DNA of 64,000 bases from Candidatus Aenigmatarchaeota archaeon. Lineage in GTDB: Archaea > Aenigmatarchaeota > Aenigmatarchaeia > GW2011-AR5. The notes beneath the pieces were generated by a model that ran no database searches, was not told where the DNA came from, and saw only the letters and a list, made by a program, of their open reading frames with translations. Position numbers and translations under genes: made by a program. The DNA lies in contig JACPJW010000001.1 of assembly GCA_016187335.1 (NCBI GenBank), positions 384,001-448,000 on the forward strand. Direction: 5' to 3'. Shown one piece after another: positions 18,977 to 28,149 of the stretch. How positions within the stretch are numbered: the stretch's first letter is position 1; each line of letters begins with the position of its first letter.

Positions 18977-20607
18977 GTTAGCGTCTTAATTATTTCTTCC
19001 AGATCCATCTCTAAAGCAACCACAGGCTTTTCCAGCTTCCAGTTATTTATCACTGATGGGTGCAATTCTCCGATAACACCTAAATGCTTTTTCCCGACGA
19101 AAATGTCAGCGCACCTGCCTTCAATGAATGAAGCATGGACACTTTTCTTCAATGAATATTTTATTCCCAGATTGCTGAAGAATGCATCCAGAACAGAAGA
19201 TAATTGTTCGTAGCTTATTTTTGAATCGCTGATGCCGGCAGAAAACTTTTTCATTATTGCTACACCGGTTTCCTGGTTTTCATCAGGCAGCAGAACATCG
19301 CCTACTTCAAAAATTTTCTGCGGGTAATCGCGGTGCTTGTTCTGGCTGAATGTTTTTATCAGCGAAGGAAGAAGGCTTGGTCTGCATATAGTGCACTCAA
19401 CTGTTACCGGGTTGAGAGTTTCACAGACTTCTTCTTCTCTTTTGTTCATTTTTGCGAACTCGTCTTCTTTGTTAGTAAGAATCATGCTCATGACTTCCTG
19501 AAATCCCAAGGCAGTCAGGGAATCACGAAGATAGTAAACAAAATCTTCCTTGCTTCTTTCAGCTATAGTAGGGACTTTGGGTATCTTGGGTTCAAATGTC
19601 CAGTAGCCTTTTCCTATTGCAGCATCCTCAACAATGTCCATCTCATGCATTATGTCCACGCGGTACGGCGGTACCAGAACATAGCCGTCATATTCGAAAC
19701 CCATTTTTCCTAAAAGTTCCCGGAATTCTTGGGGATTGAGGTCTAGATCAAGCAGTTTGTTTACATAATCAATGCTTACCTTCATTCTCCACGGCTTCAG
19801 GTCAGGCGTTATATTTTTCGTTTTGCCTATGACTTCTACTGTTTCCACGTCAAAGCCACGCTCTGCCAATGATGTTACCAGAATATTCAATGCCTGGTTG
19901 ATTGCCAGTTTATTTGTTCCTGTTATGTCTATGAATAAATTTTTTGTATGCTGCGTGACTCGCGTCAGCTCGCCGTTAATTATCGGCGGGAAGCTGAGAA
20001 CATCGCCGTTGCTGTCAGTTATTACAGGGTATTCCCTGGCGCCCTTTAGTATATGCGCGTATTCCTTGCCCTTAGGATGCTCATCCAGGATTTCCCCGAG
20101 GTTCATTTTTTCCTTCATGTCGAGAGGAATGAAGGAAATTTCTTTGGGCTTTGCTGGTTTGTAAGTGAACGGCGGCTTTACTTTGTCCAGATCATGGATA
20201 CCTATGGCTATTTTCTTTCTTTTCCTGCCGAAGGTCTCGTGTATCTTTTCCTGCAGCTGTATCAGCGAGCCAATCACGTAATCGTTGAGCTTTGCATTGC
20301 GCACGACAGCGGCAACAACATAAGGCCTGGACTCAACATTTTTTGCAGCCAGCTTTATGCCGCTTGACTTTGACTTGTATTTGGAAAGTCCCTTGCTCAA
20401 CCCCAGAAACGTCCGCAAGGCACGCGCAAACCCCTCGGGGCTCAGCAAATCAGGCCTGTTAGGGAATATCTCGTAATAAATCTTGCCGTCTTCCAGCTTC
20501 TCAAAGGGGCATCCCATCATGGGTATCAGTTCCGTTAATTCCTTTTCTGATAACTTCTTGCCTACAAGATTTTCTAGGTCGCTCAGGAAAAATTCTACTA
20601 CTGCCAT
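18973..20607 (-). CDS. pheT: Phenylalanyl-tRNA synthetase beta subunit
   Basis: PNRPDLLS, LQEKIH, SFPPIIN, RVDIMHEMD, FEVGD. Confidence 0.96.
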   Translation of the reverse strand: MAVVEFFLSDLENLVGKKLSEKELTELIPMMGCPFEKLEDGKIYYEIFPNRPDLLSPEGFARALRTFLGLSKGLSKYKSKSSGIKLAAKNVESRPYVVAAVVRNAKLNDYVIGSLIQLQEKIHETFGRKRKKIAIGIHDLDKVKPPFTYKPAKPKEISFIPLDMKEKMNLGEILDEHPKGKEYAHILKGAREYPVITDSNGDVLSFPPIINGELTRVTQHTKNLFIDITGTNKLAINQALNILVTSLAERGFDVETVEVIGKTKNITPDLKPWRMKVSIDYVNKLLDLDLNPQEFRELLGKMGFEYDGYVLVPPYRVDIMHEMDIVEDAAIGKGYWTFEPKIPKVPTIAERSKEDFVYYLRDSLTALGFQEVMSMILTNKEDEFAKMNKREEEVCETLNPVTVECTICRPSLLPSLIKTFSQNKHRDYPQKIFEVGDVLLPDENQETGVAIMKKFSAGISDSKISYEQLSSVLDAFFSNLGIKYSLKKSVHASFIEGRCADIFVGKKHLGVIGELHPSVINNWKLEKPVVALEMDLEEIIKTLT

Positions 20608-21818
20608 AACACCGCTTCCCTCAGCAATTTCAGGTCATTCTTGTAATAGAAATTCCTGATATCATTCATACCCATCTTGAGCATTATCAGCCGCTCAAGT
20701 CCAAGCCCCCACGCAAGTACAGGAACGTCAATGCCTACGGCTTTGCACATTTCCGGCCTGAATATCCCGGACCCGCCCATCTCAATCCACTCCCCCTTTT
20801 CTTCAAAATATATCTCCGGCTCCGTTGACATCTCCGTGTAAGGGAAGTAAGCCGGACGAAACCTTACTTTGAAGCCCATCCTCTGGTAGAATTCCTTCAG
20901 GTAGCCCAGCAAATCGCGGAAACCTATGTTTTCATCAAGAACTATGCCTTCTATCTGGGTGAATTCTGCCGTATGCTTGTAATCTATGCTTTCATTGCGA
21001 AATGTCTTGCCTATGCAGAAGACCTTTGCAGGCGGCGTAAGCTTGCTCATCTCGCGGATGGAAACTGCTGTCGTGTGCGTCCTTAACACAGCTTGTTTTG
21101 CAATTTCCTCGCTCCATTTGTAGCGCCATCCCAGCGAGCCTGTGCCGCCTCCGTTTTCATGAGCAGCCTTGACCTGATTAACAAGATTTTTGTCAGGTAA
21201 TTTACATTTTTTAGGGTTTTTCATGTAGAAAGTATCCTGCAATTCCCTGCCTGGATGATCCTGCGGCACGAACAGCGCGTCAAAGTTCCAGAAAGAGCTT
21301 TCTATCAACGGACCCGACGCTTCCTTAAAACCGAGGTCAAAAAATATATCTCTTATTTTCTGGATATAGAAAGAAACGATATGCTTTTTGCCGGGCTGAA
21401 TTTTCTGACCGGGAACTTCAACATTATACGGTCTGAATTTCCCTAGACGCCAGTCCCGGGTTTTTATCATTTCTTCCGTAAGAAATATAATTTCCTTTTC
21501 AATTTTTCTCGATTTTTCCGCAAGCTTCCTCTGGATCAGGACAGAAAGGATGTTTTCGTCAACTTTCTCCCCTCTGGATATTTTCTCCAGCGCCAGCTGC
21601 TCGGGGAAGCTTTTCGGTTCTTTGGCAAGATGGATTTTGCCTCCCTTCACTTCCACCCAGCCCTTTTTCTTCGCCCATTGTATGGCTATGGAAAAATTCT
21701 TCATCCTCCCTTTCAGCAGGTCAAAGGAAACTGGACCCTCTATAAGCAGCTCAACAAGGTTTTTTTCAGGCAAGCCTTCTTCTAGGTATTCTTTGCCCTC
21801 CTCTGTCAGCGCATACAT
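20598..21818 (-). CDS. pheS: Phenylalanyl-tRNA synthetase alpha subunit
   Basis: FWNFDALFVPQDHPGRELQDTFY, LRTHTT, YFPYTE, WGLGLER. Confidence 0.97.
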   Translation of the reverse strand: MYALTEEGKEYLEEGLPEKNLVELLIEGPVSFDLLKGRMKNFSIAIQWAKKKGWVEVKGGKIHLAKEPKSFPEQLALEKISRGEKVDENILSVLIQRKLAEKSRKIEKEIIFLTEEMIKTRDWRLGKFRPYNVEVPGQKIQPGKKHIVSFYIQKIRDIFFDLGFKEASGPLIESSFWNFDALFVPQDHPGRELQDTFYMKNPKKCKLPDKNLVNQVKAAHENGGGTGSLGWRYKWSEEIAKQAVLRTHTTAVSIREMSKLTPPAKVFCIGKTFRNESIDYKHTAEFTQIEGIVLDENIGFRDLLGYLKEFYQRMGFKVRFRPAYFPYTEMSTEPEIYFEEKGEWIEMGGSGIFRPEMCKAVGIDVPVLAWGLGLERLIMLKMGMNDIRNFYYKNDLKLLREAVLWQ

Positions 21819-21871
21819 GATAATCACTTGCTTTTCCGAGTCTTAAATATTGGATTCTGGTAAATTTTTTA

Positions 21872-22228
21872 TCAGCGGATAAATCCCCATCCACGTCTTC
21901 GAGGCATTTGATCTGGATTTTCTGCCTTTGGATAAGCAGCATGCAGGCACCCGCCTGTGCACTCATTATCCAGTACAGGCCTTATACTTACCAGTTCATC
22001 TCCACGTACCAAACCAGCACGAATGACGGAACCATAAGGACATCCTTTATGGCATTTAATTCCTCTGACAGTAGCGCCATCATATGTGACAGCTTCGCAT
22101 TCATGCGTGCCCTCGGGTAGAGACGCTCCGGTCAATATAGTTGCCTTGTCTCTTCTACTTCCTGCTTGTTCTATTTGTTTTGCAATGTATCCGCTTATTC
22201 TTGGGATTCCGTTTCCATCTGAACTCAT
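21872..22228 (-). CDS. Hypothetical Cys-containing protein
   Basis: 118-aa ORF with GAGGTG upstream. Confidence 0.5.
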   Translation of the reverse strand: MSSDGNGIPRISGYIAKQIEQAGSRRDKATILTGASLPEGTHECEAVTYDGATVRGIKCHKGCPYGSVIRAGLVRGDELVSIRPVLDNECTGGCLHAAYPKAENPDQMPRRRGWGFIR

Positions 22229-22486
22229 TTCTCAGCACCTCTTTTCTATTTTCCTGCCTAACTGCTTATCGGGCACAGCAGAACGCTGTGCCTAGATGTA
22301 AAAGAAAAACTCAAAAAATTCCGTGCAGAAGTTAGACAAGAAATCAGTATAACAACTAATCAGAACATTCCGGTTTAGCGAAGAAATTGGTACGGCATCA
22401 GTCCACCCTTGTAACATAATAATGAAGCGCTCAAATATATAAATTTATCTGAGCCGCTTTTAAAAACATCTTGGCAAAATAAGATT

Positions 22487-23947
22487 ATGTCAAATACAGC
22501 GGAGATAGAAAAGATAGCGCTGCGAAGAGGCTTTTTCTTCCCGTCATCAGAAATTTACGGGGGGCTGTCCGGCTTATATGATTACGGCCCTCTGGGAACG
22601 CTGATGAAAAGGAAATGGGAGGGACTGTGGAGAAGGTTCTTTCTCGGACTGGACGAGAATTTCTACGAGATAGAAGCAGCTGACATAATGCATGAAGGAG
22701 TTTTCATTGCTTCCGGCCATCTTCAGAGCTTTGTTGACCCTGTCGTGAAATGCAAGAAATGCGGTTATGCGGAAAGAGCTGACCACATCCTCGAAGATGT
22801 CCTGCAGGAAAAGTTTGAAGGACTTTCGCCGCAGCAGCTTGACGAGATAATAAAGAAGCACAATATAAAATGCCCGAAATGCGGCGGCGCGTTTCAGGAA
22901 GTTGGAATTCTGAATATGATGTTCCCGCTGAATGTCGGCGTGGACAAGCCAGCTCGTGCCTATCTAAGGCCCGAAACGGCGCAGGGTGCCTATGTAAACT
23001 TCCGTAGAGCCTTTGAGGTATTACGCAAAAAACTTCCGTTGGGCTTGGCAATTATAGGCAAAGCCTACCGCAACGAGATATCGCCGCGTAATCTGCTGAT
23101 AAGGATGAGGGAATTCACGCAAGCAGAATTACAGATCTTTTTCAATCCGAAGAAAATAGACGAGCATCCTGATTTCAACGAAGTGAAGGATTACCCGTTG
23201 CGTATTTATTCCGAAGAAAAAAAGCTGAAGTTCACCGAAGAGCTGTCGTCCTCACAGGTTTGCAAGGAGCAGAATTTGCCGGAATTCTACGTTTATTACA
23301 TGGCGAAAATCCAGCAGTTTTATCTTGACGTGCTCAAGATAGACCCCAAGAAATTCCGCTTTCGTGAATTAAGCAAAGAAGAAAGGGCGTTTTACAACAA
23401 GTACCACTGGGATGTAGAGTTAGAGCTGAGCGATGGTTTCAGGGAAGTCGGCGGCATCCACTACAGGACTGACCATGATTTATCAGGGCATCAGAAAGTG
23501 TCGAAGCAGGACATGTCTGTTTTTGCTGACGCCGAGAAGTTTGTTCCCCATGTCCTTGAACTGAGCTTCGGGGTGGACAGGAATATTTTTGCCCTGATGG
23601 ATTTGTCTCTGAAGAAAGGAAAAGAAGGAATGATTTTCGCTTTCCCGAAGATAGCTGCGCCTTATGACGCTGCCGTGTTTCCGCTGGTAAGCAAGAACGG
23701 CCTTCCTGAAAAGGCCCGGGAAATATTCGGAATCCTCTCAGGCTTCACCATGCTGTACGACGAGTCAGGCAGCATCGGCCGCAGATACGCTCGGCAGGAC
23801 GAGGCAGGAACGCCTTTCTGCATCACCGTGGACCATCAGACGCTTGAGGACAATACCGTCACGGTCCGCGACAGGGATACTACAAAGCAGGTAAGGGTGG
23901 GCATAAACGAGCTAGCAGAAAAAATATCAGAAATGCTTTCCGAATAG
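22487..23947 (+). CDS. glyS: Glycyl-tRNA synthetase (alpha2, archaeal/eukaryal type)
   Basis: IYGGLSGLYDYGPLG, LRPETAQG, RNEISPR, ELSFGVDR, GSIGRRY. Confidence 0.96.
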   Translation: MSNTAEIEKIALRRGFFFPSSEIYGGLSGLYDYGPLGTLMKRKWEGLWRRFFLGLDENFYEIEAADIMHEGVFIASGHLQSFVDPVVKCKKCGYAERADHILEDVLQEKFEGLSPQQLDEIIKKHNIKCPKCGGAFQEVGILNMMFPLNVGVDKPARAYLRPETAQGAYVNFRRAFEVLRKKLPLGLAIIGKAYRNEISPRNLLIRMREFTQAELQIFFNPKKIDEHPDFNEVKDYPLRIYSEEKKLKFTEELSSSQVCKEQNLPEFYVYYMAKIQQFYLDVLKIDPKKFRFRELSKEERAFYNKYHWDVELELSDGFREVGGIHYRTDHDLSGHQKVSKQDMSVFADAEKFVPHVLELSFGVDRNIFALMDLSLKKGKEGMIFAFPKIAAPYDAAVFPLVSKNGLPEKAREIFGILSGFTMLYDESGSIGRRYARQDEAGTPFCITVDHQTLEDNTVTVRDRDTTKQVRVGINELAEKISEMLSE

Positions 23948-23948
23948 A

Positions 23949-23975
23949 TTTTTGATTAAACTTTTTAAAAAGTTC
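23949..23975. repeat. Palindromic repeat copy between convergent glyS and CBS genes
   Basis: TTTTTGATTAAACTTTTTAAAAAGTTC. Confidence 0.85.
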
Positions 23976-25116
23976 ACCTGAACTTTCTCAGCTGCCCGCT
24001 TTTCTTGGCGGCTTCGTGCCTTTGTACCTTCCCGTATTTTTTCTTTATTTCCCGTTCCAGCTTGCCCAGAACATCCTGCGCAACGTCAAGAGGCTTCCAG
24101 CCCATTGAGTGAGACACGAAAAGCCCCAGCGGCGTGCCTATTCTCGCGCGCATCACATAGCGGATTTTCTTATCGCCACCGCCATGGTCGTTCTGCCTCT
24201 CTACATGAACAAAGAGATATTGTACGCTGTCCATCATCCTCCCGATTTTCTGGACAAATCTTGTTGTTGCCTCGTCCACGCCGGCAATCAGTTCGCTGCT
24301 TTCGCCGTGAAGCCCAGTGACTTGCACGTAAACCTGTTTTTTAGGGCCTGAAACGAGCAGTTCAAGGATATCCTTTGGGGTTATTATTCCCGGCTCGCCG
24401 TTCATGACGATAACTTCTTCGCTTTTCTGCAGTAAGTCCAAAGCCCTTTCCAGAGGAGAGTTTTCTTTCAGTATGGCAGCAGCATGCATGAAAGATTCCA
24501 CGCCAGCACTTTCAGTGGACATCTTTTCGCTGGCGCCCCGCTCCTTTGTTTTTCCTCTCATCTCCATTTTTTCTTTTCCTTCGAGCAGCTTTATCATGTC
24601 CAGCGTCCCTACGACCCCGAGAACCTTTTGGCCGTCGATAACAGGGACGCGCGATACGTTTTTGTTGAACATGATTTTTTTGACTTTCCCGGCATTGTCA
24701 CCTTTCGACACGCACTCACACTTGACAGCAATATCCCCGCAGGTTTTCTTCGTGTTCATCAGTTTTGATGCAACCTTGACAACATCATATTCGGAAACAA
24801 TACCCACCAGATTCCCTTTGTCCACAACAGGAACAGCCCTTAATCCCGTGTTCAGTAGGAGTTCTATGATTTTCTGCAAGTCATGCTCCGGCGAAGCAGT
24901 GGAAGTGCTCGTTACGTAGTTCTCAACCTTTGTTGACTGTATGTCTATGTCCTTTGTAACAATGTTTTTCAATTCAAGCAGCCCGAGAACATTCTTCCCT
25001 TCAACGACAGGAAGCCGGTGGATATTGTATTTTTTCATCTTGGCCAATGCCGTGTTCAATGTGTCGCCCCTTCCGCAGGTTATCACGTTTCTGGTCATGA
25101 TTTCGCTTACTTTCAT
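23974..25116 (-). CDS. Four-CBS-motif protein with a C-terminal HPF/RaiA-like domain
   Basis: Repeated CBS motifs (VSEIMT, LPVV, GIVSEYD, VPVID, GIITPKD); C-terminal beta-alpha-beta-beta-beta-alpha pattern ending QDVLGKLEREIKK. Confidence 0.8.
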   Translation of the reverse strand: MKVSEIMTRNVITCGRGDTLNTALAKMKKYNIHRLPVVEGKNVLGLLELKNIVTKDIDIQSTKVENYVTSTSTASPEHDLQKIIELLLNTGLRAVPVVDKGNLVGIVSEYDVVKVASKLMNTKKTCGDIAVKCECVSKGDNAGKVKKIMFNKNVSRVPVIDGQKVLGVVGTLDMIKLLEGKEKMEMRGKTKERGASEKMSTESAGVESFMHAAAILKENSPLERALDLLQKSEEVIVMNGEPGIITPKDILELLVSGPKKQVYVQVTGLHGESSELIAGVDEATTRFVQKIGRMMDSVQYLFVHVERQNDHGGGDKKIRYVMRARIGTPLGLFVSHSMGWKPLDVAQDVLGKLEREIKKKYGKVQRHEAAKKSGQLRKFR

Positions 25117-25223
25117 GAAAACACCTAGGGTTTATGCCTTACTCTATAGAATAGAGTAAATAAATTTATACAGATGAAATCTGGGAAAAATTTCTTTTTA
25201 AGGTTAATTGTTGTCGTTTATTT

Positions 25224-26504
25224 ATGGCTAAAGACGGTAAATCCAAAAAAGAACATGTAAGAGTCATGGTAAGAAATTTTGAAGTAGGTAGTGACGAATT
25301 ATTCATAATAGCAGGCCCTTGTTCTGTTGAAAGCCGAGACCATATCATAGAAATGGCTTATTTAGTTAGAGGTGCTGGTGCTGATGCCCTACGTGGCGGT
25401 GCTTTCAAACCACGCACAGAAGCTGGTAAATTTGATGGCTTGAAAGAAAATGGTTTAAGGTATCTGGTTGAAGCTAGAGAAAAGACAGGATTGCCGATAG
25501 TTACTGAGATAATGGCAATAGAAGATATCCCATTATTTCAACAATACGGTGTTGATGTATATCAAGTAGGAACAAGAAATGCCCAGAACTTCCCCCTATT
25601 ACATGCACTCGGAGATCTTGGTGTAACTGTTTTGCTGAAGAGAGGAATGGGAAACAAAGTTGAGGAATGGCTAGGTGCTGCAAGTCATGTAGTTTCAAGA
25701 AGGAATAAAAATCTGATTTTGTGTGAACGAGGAGTGTCTACATTTGATTCTAAGTTATTCAGAAACATGGCGGATATTGCAGGAATGGCTTACGCAGAAA
25801 TGGAAGATAAATATCCGGTTTTATTTGACCCAAGCCACGCAACCGGTATTAGAAAACTTGTTCGTCCAATGTCTCGCGCTGCTGTTACAGCAGGCGCTGA
25901 CGGGCTTTTAATAGAAGTTCATGATGATCCGAATTACGCAAAAACAGATGGTCAACAGAGCATATACCCACGTGAGCTTGAATTTTTAATAAAGGAAGCT
26001 AGGCGACTTAGAGCAGAATATATTGATTCGACGGCAGGACATGAAAAATGGATGGAAAAGCTGCAACCTAACATGACAATATACTTTCAGAAGGAATATC
26101 TAGATGATGTATGCGCTTTATTGGGATCTGATGCAGAGAGATTGAGGGTCAGGTCATACGGAGAAGACACAGGAATTCTTCAGGCAAGGGTAAAGACAGG
26201 TCATGTAGGAAAATTAAAACAAAAAGGCGGTTATGCTATCGGAAGACTTTCGATGTGGAGTTCAGGTCCTGGAGAACCAGCTACAATACCGATGGCGAGT
26301 GTTGAGGCAGGGGGTCAACCAAAAACAATTCTAACCCTTTACGACAAAGAATTATTAGAAGACGCAGGTAAAAAGACAATAGACCAACGATACACACATC
26401 TTAGAAGATTACAAGTGAGACAATCGCACCCGGGAGATTTAGAACTTATAGCAAAAGCCTTTACGACTTATACGGATAGACCTCTTATTCTATATCAACC
26501 ATAG
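25224..26504 (+). CDS. aroF: DAHP synthase (class I-beta) with a C-terminal extension of about 160 aa
   Basis: IAGPCSVES, RGGAFKPRT, QVGTRNAQN, LKRG, CERG, DPSHATG, IEVH, DGQQS. Confidence 0.85.
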   Translation: MAKDGKSKKEHVRVMVRNFEVGSDELFIIAGPCSVESRDHIIEMAYLVRGAGADALRGGAFKPRTEAGKFDGLKENGLRYLVEAREKTGLPIVTEIMAIEDIPLFQQYGVDVYQVGTRNAQNFPLLHALGDLGVTVLLKRGMGNKVEEWLGAASHVVSRRNKNLILCERGVSTFDSKLFRNMADIAGMAYAEMEDKYPVLFDPSHATGIRKLVRPMSRAAVTAGADGLLIEVHDDPNYAKTDGQQSIYPRELEFLIKEARRLRAEYIDSTAGHEKWMEKLQPNMTIYFQKEYLDDVCALLGSDAERLRVRSYGEDTGILQARVKTGHVGKLKQKGGYAIGRLSMWSSGPGEPATIPMASVEAGGQPKTILTLYDKELLEDAGKKTIDQRYTHLRRLQVRQSHPGDLELIAKAFTTYTDRPLILYQP

Positions 26505-27113
26505 TCAAGGCTTATGTCTTGTAATAGCGTAGTAGGTCACGTCTCCTTCGTTATCCACAATCGCCCATAACATCCTTGCTCGTATGTTGTGGGCAAGCCT
26601 GACAGAGCGCGAAAGTTCCTGGAACGACATGGTGAAATCCTCCGGCACCGAGAAAACTATCCATTTCGTGTGCTCTTTGGCGGATTTCGGCCCTTTCTTC
26701 AGCTGCACGCCCCTTTCATACACGCGGAAGTCGCAGCCGAACTTGAATCCTGTCCTGACAAGCAGCCCGCGCTCCCTGAGGTCTTCGTAAACGCGGTAGC
26801 GCTCCGTGAACCTTTTGTCCAGAGCAGAAGAATGCCTGAACAGCTCGTCGAATGTTATTTGTTTCTTGCTGCTGTCAAAGACCCTTATCCTGCCGCGCTT
26901 CAGCAGCAGGCACGCTTCTACCAGAGCCAGTTCAAGCCTGTCAGGAAGAATTTTGCCGTAATAGCCGGGCTCGTAAACGCTTTCAAAGTTTTTCCATGCA
27001 ACTGCTTTGTTCTCTTCCAGCGTTGTATCCACAACTTCTTTGAAAGGCTCCGGCTCCACGTATTCCGGTCTATCCTCTTCAGAATCATGCTTTTTCTTGG
27101 ACATTTTGAACAC
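26505..27113 (-). CDS. endA: tRNA splicing endonuclease (catalytic-type subunit)
   Basis: LALVEACLL, YEDLRERG, TGFKFGCDFRVY, H, VRLAH, AIVDNEGDVTYY. Confidence 0.94.
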   Translation of the reverse strand: MFKMSKKKHDSEEDRPEYVEPEPFKEVVDTTLEENKAVAWKNFESVYEPGYYGKILPDRLELALVEACLLLKRGRIRVFDSSKKQITFDELFRHSSALDKRFTERYRVYEDLRERGLLVRTGFKFGCDFRVYERGVQLKKGPKSAKEHTKWIVFSVPEDFTMSFQELSRSVRLAHNIRARMLWAIVDNEGDVTYYAITRHKP

Positions 27114-27248
27114 CTGAGAGGATTATGGATTACCAAAGCCTAGAGTATTCCTTATCATCAATGAAAATTATTTCCGTTTGACAGAAGCAAGGTATGGGTC
27201 TATGCCCCCTTACTTCATGTTTTTGTTTTTATGACAAAGCTTAAAAGA

Positions 27249-27812
27249 TTAAGCGTAGTTTGTCTCGCCCGTTGCGCAATTGACGGTCAGATTTCCGCTG
27301 CATATGATTTTGTCATTCTCGATGCGCCACTGCTTCACCGTTGCGCTGTCCACATCGGATATTGTGCAGCATATGGATTTCACTGAGTTTTTCACAAGGT
27401 TCTTGTAGCCTATTGCAGATGCAGACTGGTTGGATTTTATGCTGTTTAACTCATTTCTGCATTCGTTCAGGCTGCTTTCCGACGAAGTTCTCAGGCTTGA
27501 CAAATCGCCCTCGCACTTGCCAAGGCTTGCCGAATTACTCTGCAGATTCCCGGAACACTCGTTATAAAGAGCCGTTTTGTCATTAAGGCTTTTTGCGCAA
27601 TCCACGCGCGCAGTTGAAATAATCTTCAGGTCCTCTTTGGTGTTGTTGAGCTCCGATTCAAGCTTTGTGGTGTAGGTCGTGTAGCCTGTAAAAACAGTTC
27701 CTACGGAATAAAGCACAAAAACAACAAGCACGGCAATAAGCGCGATTCCTATTTTTTTAGTATCTATATTCATCTTGCCCGGCGGCGCGTATTCGTAACC
27801 CATAATTACCAT
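27249..27812 (-). CDS. Membrane-anchored extracellular coiled-coil protein with periodic Cys
   Basis: N-terminal transmembrane helix; heptad region with Cys spaced roughly every 14 residues. Confidence 0.7.
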   Translation of the reverse strand: MVIMGYEYAPPGKMNIDTKKIGIALIAVLVVFVLYSVGTVFTGYTTYTTKLESELNNTKEDLKIISTARVDCAKSLNDKTALYNECSGNLQSNSASLGKCEGDLSSLRTSSESSLNECRNELNSIKSNQSASAIGYKNLVKNSVKSICCTISDVDSATVKQWRIENDKIICSGNLTVNCATGETNYA

Positions 27813-27880
27813 TTCGCCGGGGCGATATTAATAGGTTGCCTTTAGAAAGCAGCAAAGAAAGCGTAATGCGGGTGTGATTT

Positions 27881-27912
27881 AACCCTTTTAGAAAAAGCGT
27901 CACGGAAAAAGA
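27881..27912. repeat. Repeat in the tRNA-Phe trailer, similar to the tRNA-Val intron
   Basis: AACCCTTTTAGAAAAAGCGTCACGGAAAAAGA vs 49013-49043 GACCCTTTAGAAAAAGCGTCTACGAAAAGGG. Confidence 0.75.
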
Positions 27913-28149
27913 TGGGAAGGGAGGGATTTCCAGAACTTTTCATCGTTTTCCTCGAAGAACATCAGTTCTTCGGTATCTCGGAGAACTATCGTTCTCCGCA
28001 GATGATCGAACTTTTCTGAAAAGTTCGTTTGGACCCTCGACATTCCCGGCGTAGCACCAATCAAGTGCTATGCTCCACGGTCTTCAGCCGTGTGCTCTCC
28101 CAGGCTTTGCCAACCGAAAAAATCATTCTCGGTTTTGAGCTACCTTCCC
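27913..28149 (-). tRNA. tRNA-Phe(GAA) with three introns: 14/15 (28106-28135), about 44/45 (28043-28074) and 59/60 (27927-28027)
   Basis: Acceptor GGGAAGG/CCTTCCC; anticodon arm CACGG-CTGAAGA-CCGTG; BHB TCCA/TGGA perfect; AGCT/GGCA one mismatch; variable-region BHB imperfect; spliced length 74 nt. Confidence 0.88.

Noticed and set aside
22271-22417. 41-aa minus-strand ORF followed by a GGCACAGC/GCTGTGCC hairpin
   Set aside because: No recognisable motif or ribosome-binding site; single instance, may be chance.
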